A stretch of 64,000 nt of DNA from Chloroflexota bacterium (GTDB taxonomy: Bacteria; Chloroflexota; Dehalococcoidia; DSTF01; JACRBR01): positions 64,345-128,344 of the forward strand of contig JANNPX010000025.1 in NCBI GenBank assembly GCA_031400455.1, written 5' to 3'. The notes beneath the pieces were generated by a model. That model was not told the DNA's origin. It did no database searches and saw nothing but the letters and a program-made list of their open reading frames with translations. Both the position numbers and the translations under genes were made by a program. Every line of letters begins with the position of its first letter. Position 1 is the first letter of the stretch. Below, piece by piece: positions 33,007-42,169 of the stretch.

Positions 33007-33750
33007 TTACGACGCCTGGGCGACCACCTGCACCTGAAGCGTCACCGAGTCCTGAACGGAGACGAAGTTGGCGATGTTGAGGATCGGGATGTTGAAGTCG
33101 GCGTAGTTGAACTTGAGCGTCGCCAGGGCGGTGATGACGTTGCCTTCGCGGTTGGCCTTCACCTCCCACGTGACCTCTTTCTGCACGCCGTGGAGGTCGA
33201 GCGTCCCCGTCAGCTGCAACGTCTGCTCCTGATCGGACGGCAGACTGGAGTCGAAGCCGGTGAGCTCCGTCGCCGTGAAGGTCGCCTTAGGGTACCTGCC
33301 AGTTTCCAGCCCCATGCTCTGCACGCGGTTGTCGCGCATGGTCTTGTCGCTCTTGATTGTCGTGAGGTCCACGGTGAACGTGGTCGGCTTCGACGTATCG
33401 AGATCGAACCCGTCCGCCGTCAGTTGAAACTGCCCGGTGATGTCCTTGGTCGAACCCTTCGCGGTTGACGGGAGCGGGAGCGACGCGAGCTTCTCGTCAG
33501 CAAAGTACGCCGCTTCGGATCGGTCGGAGATGATGGTGAACGTGAGCCCGCCTGTCGTGGTTGTGGAGCCCGTGGCTGGCGTACCTGCCGCGGCGCTTGA
33601 GGACGGCGTCTTGAGGTCGGCGGGGATCTCTGGCGCGTTAGTCGCCAGCTGCGCGTCTTCGCGGACGAAGAACCACCAGCCACCCACAGCTATGGCTACC
33701 AGTACGATGATCGCGGCCGCGCCGCGGATGAGGAGTTTCATGTATTCCAA
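33007..33750 (-). CDS. YceI-like (polyisoprenoid-binding) family protein, membrane-anchored
   Basis: N-terminal TM helix, Thr/Ser-rich linker, YceI-like beta-barrel motifs. Confidence 0.7.
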   Translation of the reverse strand: MEYMKLLIRGAAAIIVLVAIAVGGWWFFVREDAQLATNAPEIPADLKTPSSSAAAGTPATGSTTTTGGLTFTIISDRSEAAYFADEKLASLPLPSTAKGSTKDITGQFQLTADGFDLDTSKPTTFTVDLTTIKSDKTMRDNRVQSMGLETGRYPKATFTATELTGFDSSLPSDQEQTLQLTGTLDLHGVQKEVTWEVKANREGNVITALATLKFNYADFNIPILNIANFVSVQDSVTLQVQVVAQAS

Positions 33751-33878
33751 CCTTCCATGGAGACCAGTACGTACCGGTCGAACGTCATAGATGTGTACAG
33801 CCTAACCATTGGAAGATCGATGTTGGGTTAAGGAACTGTTGCCGGGGCATCGCAAAGCCGTAAGGTGGCCGCGCAGCT

Positions 33879-35246
33879 TCAGTTCACGCAGACGATCGAG
33901 CAGCCTGCGCCATGCGCGCCTTCGGCGGCGCGAATTGCGTCCTCGACCGATGGCGCGTATTCGAACCCGATATGTTGCGGCACGGATGCATCTTGCGCGC
34001 CCGCCACGATCACGCGCGACGCATGCTTGAGGCGGCGCAGAGGATGGGTCGCTAGCACGGCGTGCACCGGGTGGAAGGCGACGTCGTTACGGTAGCGCTC
34101 GATGTAGGCGGCGTTCGTCGCGAATTCATCACCGAAGCGCCGCATGATCTCGTACGGGTCGCACGTGACGGGGAGCACTCGATCCCACGCTTCGCGGTAC
34201 GAGGGATGATGCGCCATATCCCATGTCTCCGGGCACGGCGTCGCGAGGATGACGGTGCAGCCAGGCTTGCCGAGCGCCTCGATGTAGCCGCCGAGATATC
34301 CGAGGCCGGATGAGATCAGCGTCAGGATCGGGTTCATCGATCCGAAGATGGCGTACGGGCTCCACGCCGGCAGGCCGTAGACGACGACGTCCGCTGGCTC
34401 CGCCTGCGAGCGCCGCGGCGGATTGCGTGATGCCATCACTTCGAGTGCGGCCGCACGCGTCTCGGTGACACCGCCCGCCCACACGTGCGCGATCTTCGTC
34501 GGACTCGACTGCACGCATTCGACCTTGTAGATGCGCTTGCCCATCGATGCTTCGAGATGCGCGCCCATCTCGTTCAGTACATCATGCATGCGGTTGTTGA
34601 GCACGGACATCGACATGCCGTCGGGATGATGCGTGTGGCGGATTGATCGCCACGTCGAGAGCCCGACGGCTACCGACTTCCAACCACCGCTGAACCCGAG
34701 GTGCAGGCCGGCGTTGATGTAGACGCAGAGGTCCGCGTCGACGGCGTGGCGGCTCAACTCGACGTCGTAGCCATGCTCGGTCGTGCCGAAGTAGACGAGG
34801 TTCGCGGCGTCCTCCGCATCGTGGCAGAACAGCCGATCGCCGAATCGGTCGACGAGGTCGTGTCCGATGATCGTCGCGAGCTCGTCGCGCGTGAATTTCC
34901 GATGCAGGGCGTTGGCGCAGATGAGCTGAACGTCGGTCTCGCGCACGCCGGCTTCGGCGAGCTGCGCCAGCACGCCTTCGATTGCGACCCTGCGGATCGG
35001 GCCGAACGACGTCACGGTCGGATCGTCGAATGCGATGACGACGCGCGTACCGGGTCGCACGATCTCGCGGATCGGCGGCAGCCCGAGCGGATGATTGAGG
35101 GCGTCCCGCACCGCCGCGTCGAGATCGTTCACCGCAGCGAGCCCACCACCGGATCCAGCCGCGCCGCCACGCGAGACAATACGAGCACGATCAGGAAGTT
35201 CGACATCGATAGTCGCTTCACCGAAGGGCAAGGTGGCGTGCGTCAT
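33879..35246 (-). CDS. LarA-like (nickel-dependent lactate racemase family / DUF2088) protein
   Basis: IAFDDPT and ICANALHRKFT resemble LarA active-site segments; 455 aa. Start set at the internal ATG (MTHATLPF), which is uncertain. Confidence 0.55.
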   Translation of the reverse strand: MTHATLPFGEATIDVELPDRARIVSRGGAAGSGGGLAAVNDLDAAVRDALNHPLGLPPIREIVRPGTRVVIAFDDPTVTSFGPIRRVAIEGVLAQLAEAGVRETDVQLICANALHRKFTRDELATIIGHDLVDRFGDRLFCHDAEDAANLVYFGTTEHGYDVELSRHAVDADLCVYINAGLHLGFSGGWKSVAVGLSTWRSIRHTHHPDGMSMSVLNNRMHDVLNEMGAHLEASMGKRIYKVECVQSSPTKIAHVWAGGVTETRAAALEVMASRNPPRRSQAEPADVVVYGLPAWSPYAIFGSMNPILTLISSGLGYLGGYIEALGKPGCTVILATPCPETWDMAHHPSYREAWDRVLPVTCDPYEIMRRFGDEFATNAAYIERYRNDVAFHPVHAVLATHPLRRLKHASRVIVAGAQDASVPQHIGFEYAPSVEDAIRAAEGAHGAGCSIVCVN

Positions 35247-35352
35247 GCGGCGATTGTACACCCGGCCGGACGCGGCGCAAGGCACATGGGTTCAAGGCTC
35301 TTCGGCTCCAGGTTCTCCTCGCGCTACACTCTATGAAACGGAGGTACATCCC

Positions 35353-36186
35353 ATGCCCGAAGGCGGCCTGCTCGCAATCTTCGCCCACCCAGACGACGAG
35401 ACGTTCGGCCTCGGCGGCACGATGGCGCGCTACGCCGCGCGCGGCATTCCCGTGACGATGCTCTGCGCCACGCGCGGGGAGGTCGGCGAGATCTCGCCCG
35501 GCACGGGGGCCACGCCGGACACGTTGGGCCGCTTCCGCGAGGAGGAACTGCGCGTCGCCATGGCGATGCTGGGCGTTACCGATGTACGGATGATGGGCTT
35601 CCGCGATTCCGGCATGATGGGAACGCCCGAGAATGACGACGAGCGGGCGCTGATGAAGGCGCACCCGGACGCCGTGACGCACATGATCGTCCGCCAGATC
35701 CGCGAGTTGCGTCCGGCGGTGGTCGCCACGTGGGATGAGAGCGGCGGCTACGGGCACCCGGACCACGTCGCCGTCCACCATCACGCGACAGCCGCGTTCC
35801 ATGCCGCAGGAGACGCGAGCCGCTATCCGACCGCCGGCGAACCGTGGCAGCCTGAGCGTCTCTTCTACACCGCGATTCCGATCAAGGAGTTCATGCGCTT
35901 GATGGAGGAGATGCGGGCGGCCAGCGGCGAAGTTCCGAGCGTCGCCGAAGACGACAACGCGATGGCCGAGTTGCGGCGCGTCGAACCCAACTGCATCATC
36001 GACGTCGGCGATCTGGTCGCGGTGAAAGAGCAGGCGATGCTCGCTCACCGCACGCAGATCTCCGATATGGATCCGTTCATGAACCTGCCCGAGGCGAGCC
36101 GCAATCGCTTCTTCGGCAAGGAGTACTTCTACCAGGCGCATCCCGCGCTGCCTGCCGACACCATGCTGGACGATCTCTTCGCGTAG
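35353..36186 (+). CDS. PIG-L/LmbE-family N-acetylglucosaminyl deacetylase (MshB/BshB/Mca-like)
   Basis: AHPDDETFG zinc-binding motif and HPDH; GGAGG RBS 8 nt before the ATG. Confidence 0.8.
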   Translation: MPEGGLLAIFAHPDDETFGLGGTMARYAARGIPVTMLCATRGEVGEISPGTGATPDTLGRFREEELRVAMAMLGVTDVRMMGFRDSGMMGTPENDDERALMKAHPDAVTHMIVRQIRELRPAVVATWDESGGYGHPDHVAVHHHATAAFHAAGDASRYPTAGEPWQPERLFYTAIPIKEFMRLMEEMRAASGEVPSVAEDDNAMAELRRVEPNCIIDVGDLVAVKEQAMLAHRTQISDMDPFMNLPEASRNRFFGKEYFYQAHPALPADTMLDDLFA

Positions 36187-36216
36187 TTCCTCGAGACCAT
36201 CGCAGGGCTTGAAGAT

Positions 36217-36255
36217 ATTAAGTAGGGCCGATGATCGTCATCGGCCCCACTTAAT
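36217..36255. repeat. 18-bp near-perfect inverted repeat (AT-rich palindrome)
   Basis: ATTAAGTAGGGCCGATGA-tcg-TCATCGGCCCCACTTAAT, 30 nt after the deacetylase stop. Confidence 0.7.
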
Positions 36256-36310
36256 CGATGCTGCTGGTGCAGGCATCCCCTCCGCGCACCGACAACTCGG
36301 GCGGGCGCAG

Positions 36311-36553
36311 TTACGCCGGCGACGGCCCTTCGAGCAGGCGCATCCTGCGCCGTCTGCGCTCGAGGCGCCGCAACGGCAGCGTGGCCGCTGCCCGGCGCTC
36401 GTACGTAGCGATGCGCTGGTACGTGCGGGCGCGCGCGTGCACGGCGGCTGGTTCGTCGTCGGCTTGATCCGCGCCCGCGGCATCCTCGCCCGAGCTGAGC
36501 GCGACCATGCGTTCGACCGCCTTCTGCTTATCGAGTATCAGCATTGATGGCAT
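36311..36553 (-). CDS. hypothetical small protein overlapping the 3' end of the HTH gene
   Basis: GC3-rich 80-aa ORF with GGAG 4 nt before the ATG; no motif. Confidence 0.25.
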   Translation of the reverse strand: MPSMLILDKQKAVERMVALSSGEDAAGADQADDEPAAVHARARTYQRIATYERRAAATLPLRRLERRRRRMRLLEGPSPA

Positions 36554-36743
36554 TGATCTCCTGCCTGACGATCTGGCTGACGCGCTGGCGGGTGACGCCA
36601 AAGTGCTCTGCCAGCCGCGATTGCAGTCCCCAGCGACCGCCGTTGCCGGCGACGCCACGCTTGATCAATACCCGCGCCGCAATGCGCAGCTTCTCGGTCC
36701 GGGTCAACTCCTCCTCTTCGAACGTCTGCAACTCCATGGTCAT
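36528..36743 (-). CDS. small HTH protein resembling sigma-70 region 4.2
   Basis: LAEHFGVTRQRVSQIVRQEI; GGGAGG RBS 6 nt before the ATG; 71 aa. Confidence 0.5.
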   Translation of the reverse strand: MTMELQTFEEEELTRTEKLRIAARVLIKRGVAGNGGRWGLQSRLAEHFGVTRQRVSQIVRQEINAINADTR

Positions 36744-37070
36744 CCCTGCCCTCCCAGTGAACGCCCGTTGCCGGGCCAGTGCGTATCCGTGCCCGTCGGA
36801 CTTGACGAGCAAGATCGACTTTACATAGACGCTCTCACCGGACGCGTTCGCGGCTCTTACCATCTTTTTGGGTTCATTTCGCTGGCTAACCACAGCACTA
36901 GGACGGCGTCGGTTGGCCAGGTCATTGGTCGTTGGACGATTGAGGTTGGAACGGTTGAGGCCTACGAAGGGGCGGTGGCGCCGACTGGAGAAGGTCCTTC
37001 GCTGCGCTCTGGACGACACACACCAAGGCCAGCCAACTCGCCGCGACCACGCAGGTGCTACGATCTCGTC

Positions 37071-37919
37071 ATGAGCCGCCGCGCGATCCCCGTCGTGGCT
37101 GCGTGCGCCCTGGGCGTGCTGGCCACGGCTTGTTCGGGGGGAGGGCAGTCGGCGACTTCCACTCCATCACCATCCGATACGGCTACCTTCGCTCCGGCGA
37201 CGCCGACACCGTTCCCGACGTTCACCCCGACGCCCGTGCTCCGTGCCGGGGTGCAGATCGTCGTGGGCGGTGATCTGCGTGTACGGAGCGGGCCGGCGAC
37301 AACGGCGCCGCCCGTGAAGACGCTGAAGGACATGACGCCCGTGCTGATCGATGTGGCGGTCGAGGGCGAGAATGTGCTCGTCGGTAAGCAGACTTGGGTG
37401 CCGACGGTGCCGGACTGGACTCGGACGTGGTTCCGTCTGACCGACGGCACATTCGTGTACTCGGCCTTCGTTTTCATCCAGCAACTCGGCGAAGAGTCTC
37501 CGCTGGTCGACGCGAAGGGGCAGGAGAAGTGGATCGACGTGAACGTCACGGCGCAGACGGCGACGGCGATGGTCGGCGTAACGCCGGTGTACACGGCGCC
37601 GGTCTCGACGGGCTCTCCGGGCTTCCCGAGTCCGCTAGGGTCGCATCGCATCGAGAAGGACGGCCGCCTCGCCGTCGAACGCATGACAGCGTCGCAGGCA
37701 GGCTACTCGGCGGAGCAGGCGGTGTACGACGTCGAGAACGTGCTCTTCACGCAGTACTACGACCAGAAGGGCGACGCGCTCCACCTCAACTACTGGCGCC
37801 CGAAGGAGGTCTTCGGTCAGACGGCGACGAGCCACGGCTGCGTCGGCATGCAACTCCACGATGCGCAGTGGTTCTGGCTGTTCGGGTCGGCGAACATGCG
37901 GGTGGAGATACATGGGTAG
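37071..37919 (+). CDS. lipoprotein with SH3b-like and L,D-transpeptidase (YkuD) domains
   Basis: Lipobox LATAC and catalytic SHGCVGM; the track ORF is over-extended upstream. Confidence 0.75.
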   Translation: MSRRAIPVVAACALGVLATACSGGGQSATSTPSPSDTATFAPATPTPFPTFTPTPVLRAGVQIVVGGDLRVRSGPATTAPPVKTLKDMTPVLIDVAVEGENVLVGKQTWVPTVPDWTRTWFRLTDGTFVYSAFVFIQQLGEESPLVDAKGQEKWIDVNVTAQTATAMVGVTPVYTAPVSTGSPGFPSPLGSHRIEKDGRLAVERMTASQAGYSAEQAVYDVENVLFTQYYDQKGDALHLNYWRPKEVFGQTATSHGCVGMQLHDAQWFWLFGSANMRVEIHG

Positions 37920-37954
37920 TTTGCAGTTCGTGGTTCGTAGTTTGTAGTTCAGGA
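37920..37954. repeat. STRR-like heptamer tandem array (TTYGYRG x5)
   Basis: TTTGCAG TTCGTGG TTCGTAG TTTGTAG TTCAGGA directly after the ldt stop. Confidence 0.8.
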
Positions 37955-38070
37955 CGACCCGTTCGGCCCTTCCGCCTAAGCGCGCGAGCCACAATGCTTA
38001 GTGGCGATTCGCGAGGTCCGGCCCCACCTCCGGTCTCCCACGTCTCATAGCCTCTCAAACAGGAGCGCCC

Positions 38071-39306
38071 ATGTACACCGACCTCAACAAGGAACTCACC
38101 GACGAGCAGAAGATGCTCAAGCAGCGCACGCACGAGTTCGCGGCGCAGGTGCTGCGGCCGGCGGCATGGGAGCTGGACAAACTCACGCCGGAGGAGACGA
38201 TCGCGCAGGGATCGCGGATGCGGGACGTGTTCCGCATCGCCTACGAGCAGGAGTTCCACCTGCGCGGCTTTCCGGAGGCGCTGGGCGGCGCGCATCTCGG
38301 GCCGCTGGAGTCGCACATCGTAAACGAAGAGATGGGCTGGGGCGCATCGGACTTCTCGATCGCGCTCAGCGTCACGTCGTTCCCGTTCTCGTTCGCGTCG
38401 AGCCGCCAAGATCCGGACATGATGCGTGACGTCGTGATGCCGTTTGTGAACGACCGCAAGGGCGAGTACATCGGCTGCTGGGCGATCACCGAGCCGGGCC
38501 ACGGCTCCGATACGCTGATGCCCGGCACGAAGATGTGGACCGATCCGAACATCCACTACGGCCTGACCGCGACCGCCGATGGCGACGACTATGTGCTGAA
38601 CGGCCAGAAGTCGGCTTGGGTCTCGAACGGCACGATCGCTACGCACGCGCTGGCGTTCCTGGGCGTTGAGCGCAAGATGGGCATGGCGGGAGGCGGCGTC
38701 GCGCTGGTGCCGCTCGATCTCGCGGGCGTGTCGAAAGGGCCGCCGCTGAACAAGATCGGCCAGCGCGCGCTGAACCAGGGCGAGATCTTCTTCGACGACG
38801 TGCGGCTGCCGAAGAAGTACATGCTCGTGCCACCGGAGCACTACACCATGGCGATCGATGCGGTGCTGGCCGGAGCGAACGCCTACATGGGCTCGACATT
38901 CACGGGCCTGGCCCGCGCGGCGTTCGAGGAGGCGCTCGAGTACACGAAGAACCGCGTGCAAGGAGGCGTGCCGATCAGCGAGCACCAGCTCGTGCAGAAG
39001 CGGCTCTTCGATATGCACACGAAGGTCGAGACGTCGCGACAGCTCTCGCGCGCGGTGGTGCTGTACAACGAGCACCAGTTCCCGCCCGGCACGCAGTACT
39101 CCATCACGTCGAAGGTCTACTGCACGACGGCGGCATTCGAGGTGGCGAGCGATGCCCTCCAGCTCCACGGCGGCTATGGCCTGACGAAGGAGTTGTTGAT
39201 CGAGAAGCTCTTCCGCGACGCCCGCGCCTCGATGATCGAAGACGGCTCGAACGACATCCTCTCGCTGACCGCCGCGAAGAAGATCCTCGACCAGTACGTG
39301 GTGTGA
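38071..39306 (+). CDS. acyl-CoA dehydrogenase family protein
   Basis: ACAD three-domain architecture with C-terminal QLHGGYG. Confidence 0.85.
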   Translation: MYTDLNKELTDEQKMLKQRTHEFAAQVLRPAAWELDKLTPEETIAQGSRMRDVFRIAYEQEFHLRGFPEALGGAHLGPLESHIVNEEMGWGASDFSIALSVTSFPFSFASSRQDPDMMRDVVMPFVNDRKGEYIGCWAITEPGHGSDTLMPGTKMWTDPNIHYGLTATADGDDYVLNGQKSAWVSNGTIATHALAFLGVERKMGMAGGGVALVPLDLAGVSKGPPLNKIGQRALNQGEIFFDDVRLPKKYMLVPPEHYTMAIDAVLAGANAYMGSTFTGLARAAFEEALEYTKNRVQGGVPISEHQLVQKRLFDMHTKVETSRQLSRAVVLYNEHQFPPGTQYSITSKVYCTTAAFEVASDALQLHGGYGLTKELLIEKLFRDARASMIEDGSNDILSLTAAKKILDQYVV

Positions 39307-39434
39307 GCATAAGAGCGCGAATCGTCAACTTGATTTCGGGCATCGCCGCGGGTGGCCGGTACGTGGGGCGGAAGCGGGCGGCGTAGGCGGGTACTTGACG
39401 CCGCCGTTGTAATGGCTGCCTGATGCACCTACGA

Positions 39435-39459
39435 TCCCTCCACACGCTAGATGGAGGGA
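39435..39459 (+). promoter_or_regulatory. hairpin sequestering the RBS of the downstream gene
   Basis: TCCCTCC-(11 nt)-GGAGGGA. The right arm is the GGAGGG RBS 5 nt before the ATG at 39465. Confidence 0.35.
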
Positions 39460-39464
39460 CTGTC

Positions 39465-40376
39465 ATGCACACATCGAACCGCACCACCAACATCCTGCTG
39501 GTCGTGATGATCGCCGTCGGCTTCGGCATCGTGGCGATGCTCGCGTCGGGCGTGCGGGGAGGGCCGCTCGCCCCGTCAGGGCCACCGGCCTCGACGAGCA
39601 GCGTGCGCCTTCCCGGCACGCCAATCGATCCCCCCTCCAGTCCGGCGAGCTATCCCATTGTCATCTCGGCCCCCGGCCACTACTATCTCACCGGAAATCT
39701 CAATCCTCCCGCCAGCACACGCGCGCTCACCATCAACAGCAGCGATGTCTCACTGGACCTGGGAGGGTTCACTGTCACAGGAAGCGGTAGCGGCCCCGTC
39801 GCGGGCATCCTCGTGTTCGGCGTGCAAACGCGGGTGCGGATCACGAACGGCACCGTCAAGGGCTTCCCTGGCAACGGCATCAGCGCAGTGGGGATCACAC
39901 ATGTCGTCATCGAAGATGTCACGGTCTCCGGGACGGCGATCGGTATTCAGGTCGGTTCGTACAGCGTCGTGCGCAACTGTTCTGCGTCGGAGAACACCGA
40001 GTACGGCATGCTGATCTCGGGAAGCTTCAGCACCATCGACAACTGCATGGTCGAGTCCAATGGTTACCTTGGAGTCTCGCTCCAGAGTGGCAGCGGGCAC
40101 GTTGTGAAGAACTCGACCTTCCGCAACAACGACACTTCGGGGTTGTCGGAGGGCGGAATCAGCTTCAATCAAGTGGACGGCAGTACGGTCCGTGGTAACG
40201 ACTTCTGGGCGAACGTCCCCGTGGACGTGCTGATGAACAGTCTCTCCGACGACAACGTGTTCATCGGTAATACGTTCACTTGCCCCACGGCTCTCACCAA
40301 TTCCGGAAGCAACAACTTCGCTCCAGTGAATACCACCGATCCAGCCACGAACAGGAGCCACAGGACCAGCTGTTGA
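39465..40376 (+). CDS. membrane-anchored right-handed parallel beta-helix repeat protein (pectate-lyase/NosD-like)
   Basis: TM helix then repeated GxxxxNxxxxN-type beta-helix turns (NCSASEN, NCMVESN, NSTFRNN); lower GC. Confidence 0.6.
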   Translation: MHTSNRTTNILLVVMIAVGFGIVAMLASGVRGGPLAPSGPPASTSSVRLPGTPIDPPSSPASYPIVISAPGHYYLTGNLNPPASTRALTINSSDVSLDLGGFTVTGSGSGPVAGILVFGVQTRVRITNGTVKGFPGNGISAVGITHVVIEDVTVSGTAIGIQVGSYSVVRNCSASENTEYGMLISGSFSTIDNCMVESNGYLGVSLQSGSGHVVKNSTFRNNDTSGLSEGGISFNQVDGSTVRGNDFWANVPVDVLMNSLSDDNVFIGNTFTCPTALTNSGSNNFAPVNTTDPATNRSHRTSC

Positions 40377-40608
40377 CGGCTCCTGGCGACAACGATATCG
40401 GGCCGGGTGATCGCGGAACGACACAAGGTAAGTGACGCGTTTCTGATGCACCGCGCACGACTGACGCACAGCGCATAGCCCCGGACATTCGACCCGTATG
40501 TGGCGTAAGCTCCGGCCGATCGCCAAATTCGAAGCTGGTGTCCGCAGGGAACGGCGCTCTCTGCGCGGCGAATCGTCAAGAATTCGCTAATAAGCATATA
40601 TCTGCCTA

Positions 40609-40638
40609 TTGACGCGATAGGGCCCCCTGGCGCATAAT
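40609..40638 (+). promoter_or_regulatory. padR promoter driving a leaderless transcript
   Basis: TTGACG-18-CATAAT ends 6 nt before the ATG. An IR CGCGAT(N17)ATCGCG overlaps the spacer. Confidence 0.45.
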
Positions 40639-40644
40639 CGCGGC

Positions 40645-41004
40645 ATGAAGCGAAAAGCCGGAGCACTCCTGTCGATCGAGATCGCCATCCTGCAGGCTGG
40701 CATCGCCATGCTGCGCGGCAGCGATCCCGAGTTCCACGGATACGCCATCGCACGGGAGATGCGAGACCAGGAAGGCGCTCGCAGCCTCACGGCCCATGGC
40801 ACGCTGTACCGGGCGCTGGAGCGCCTCGAGATCCGCGGGCTGCTGGCGTCGCGGTGGGAGGACCCGGAGATCGCTGCGGCCGAAGAGCGCCCGCGTAGGC
40901 GGATGTATCGCGTGACTGCCGAAGGCGAGGCGGCGGTGCAAGCCGTCGGGGAGCCGGCGACGGCCCCCGCGAAAGCCCTCAAGCGCGGACTGGCGGCGTC
41001 ATGA
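40645..41004 (+). CDS. PadR family transcriptional regulator
   Basis: Winged HTH GYAIAREMRDQ...LYRALERLEIRGLL. Confidence 0.85.
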   Translation: MKRKAGALLSIEIAILQAGIAMLRGSDPEFHGYAIAREMRDQEGARSLTAHGTLYRALERLEIRGLLASRWEDPEIAAAEERPRRRMYRVTAEGEAAVQAVGEPATAPAKALKRGLAAS

Positions 41005-41987
41005 GCAGCATCACAGCGGGCGGCACGGGCATGAGCGGCATTGCAGGACTGGCCTGTGGCGCGGCGCGCGGTTGGACAGCGGTCTACACGCTGGGACTCG
41101 CGTCGCACGTGCGGGACGCGCGCCGCGCCGAGGTGGCTTCCGACGTGTGGGAGCATCACCGGGACATCATCAGCGAGGGGCGCTCCGTGTGGACGTTCCT
41201 GGGGAGCGTGTTCGGCCGTGTCGTGCGCGGCGCACCGGCCGACCTGCTGTGGAGAGTGAACGTGGAGGGACCGAAGATGGACATCAAGATTCCGTTCGAG
41301 CGCATCGTTGGAGGATTGCTGCTGGCGATGGTCGTGCTGCTGATGATCACGACATCGATCAGCGGCTACGACACAGGCCGCGAGGGCTTCGATAGCGAGC
41401 TGCGCCGCCTAGCGGGTCTGGGCGACGCTTCCCACAGCGGCAACGCGTTTTCCCGTGCTGTAACGGGCGTCGCGCTGATCGCCGCGGCCGCCGCGCTCTA
41501 CACGAACCTGAAGGATCGTTCGCCGTTGCTGTCCGCGATGGCGGCGTTTGGCATCGCTGCTGCCGGTGTGCTGGCGCTGATCGCCGGTGCACTGCAACTC
41601 GTGTTTGTCGAACTGGCGCAGGAGTACGTGGCATCGAGCGGCGCGCAACAGGAGCAGGTGCTGGTCACCGCGCGAGGCTTCGCGTTGGCGACCGATAATA
41701 CCGTGGGCGCGGCGTTCATCGCGCTGGTCCTGAGCATCTACGTGATGGCGATCCTCGCGGGGCGCGAGGGGCTGGTGCCGCGCTGGCTCATCGGCATCCC
41801 GGTCATCAGCGCCGCGGTCGTCGGAGGGTCGCTCATCGCGGAAGCCGCTGGAGCCGACCTCCAGTGGTGGATCCTGATATCGGGCTTGTTCATGAGCGTG
41901 ATCTGGCTGCTGATTGCGGGTCTGTGGCTGATCTTCACGCCGGGCGAAGGCCGGGCGCCGGCAGCGTCCGGCCGTGCCGCGGCATAG
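41001..41987 (+). CDS. integral membrane protein (PadR-associated, DUF4386-like)
   Basis: Multiple TM helices; start overlaps the padR stop. Confidence 0.55.
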   Translation: MSSITAGGTGMSGIAGLACGAARGWTAVYTLGLASHVRDARRAEVASDVWEHHRDIISEGRSVWTFLGSVFGRVVRGAPADLLWRVNVEGPKMDIKIPFERIVGGLLLAMVVLLMITTSISGYDTGREGFDSELRRLAGLGDASHSGNAFSRAVTGVALIAAAAALYTNLKDRSPLLSAMAAFGIAAAGVLALIAGALQLVFVELAQEYVASSGAQQEQVLVTARGFALATDNTVGAAFIALVLSIYVMAILAGREGLVPRWLIGIPVISAAVVGGSLIAEAAGADLQWWILISGLFMSVIWLLIAGLWLIFTPGEGRAPAASGRAAA

Positions 41988-41996
41988 GAGGGCAAG

Positions 41997-42095
41997 ATGA
42001 ACGACACATCAGCGAGGGCTGCGTTGGTCCTGGGGCTGACTGCGGTAATCCTCGCAGCGCTGACCGCCGTCGCAGTGGTGGGCCTGCCTCATTAG
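41997..42095 (+). CDS. 32-aa single-TM peptide
   Basis: MNDTSARAALVLGLTAVILAALTAVAVVGLPH; strong GGAGGG RBS 5 nt upstream; absent from the track (under 60 aa). Confidence 0.35.
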   Translation: MNDTSARAALVLGLTAVILAALTAVAVVGLPH

Positions 42096-42169
42096 TCGTG
42101 TATGGCGTCTGACGCGCCTCTGGCATACTCAATCGCCGGGGAGGCCGAAAGGACGCCGCTCGCGACGCT

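Noticed and set aside
36209-36547. 112-aa + ORF starting inside the AT-rich palindrome
   Set aside because: Mixed third-codon positions and Arg-rich composition. The opposite strand has better coding signal and RBSs.
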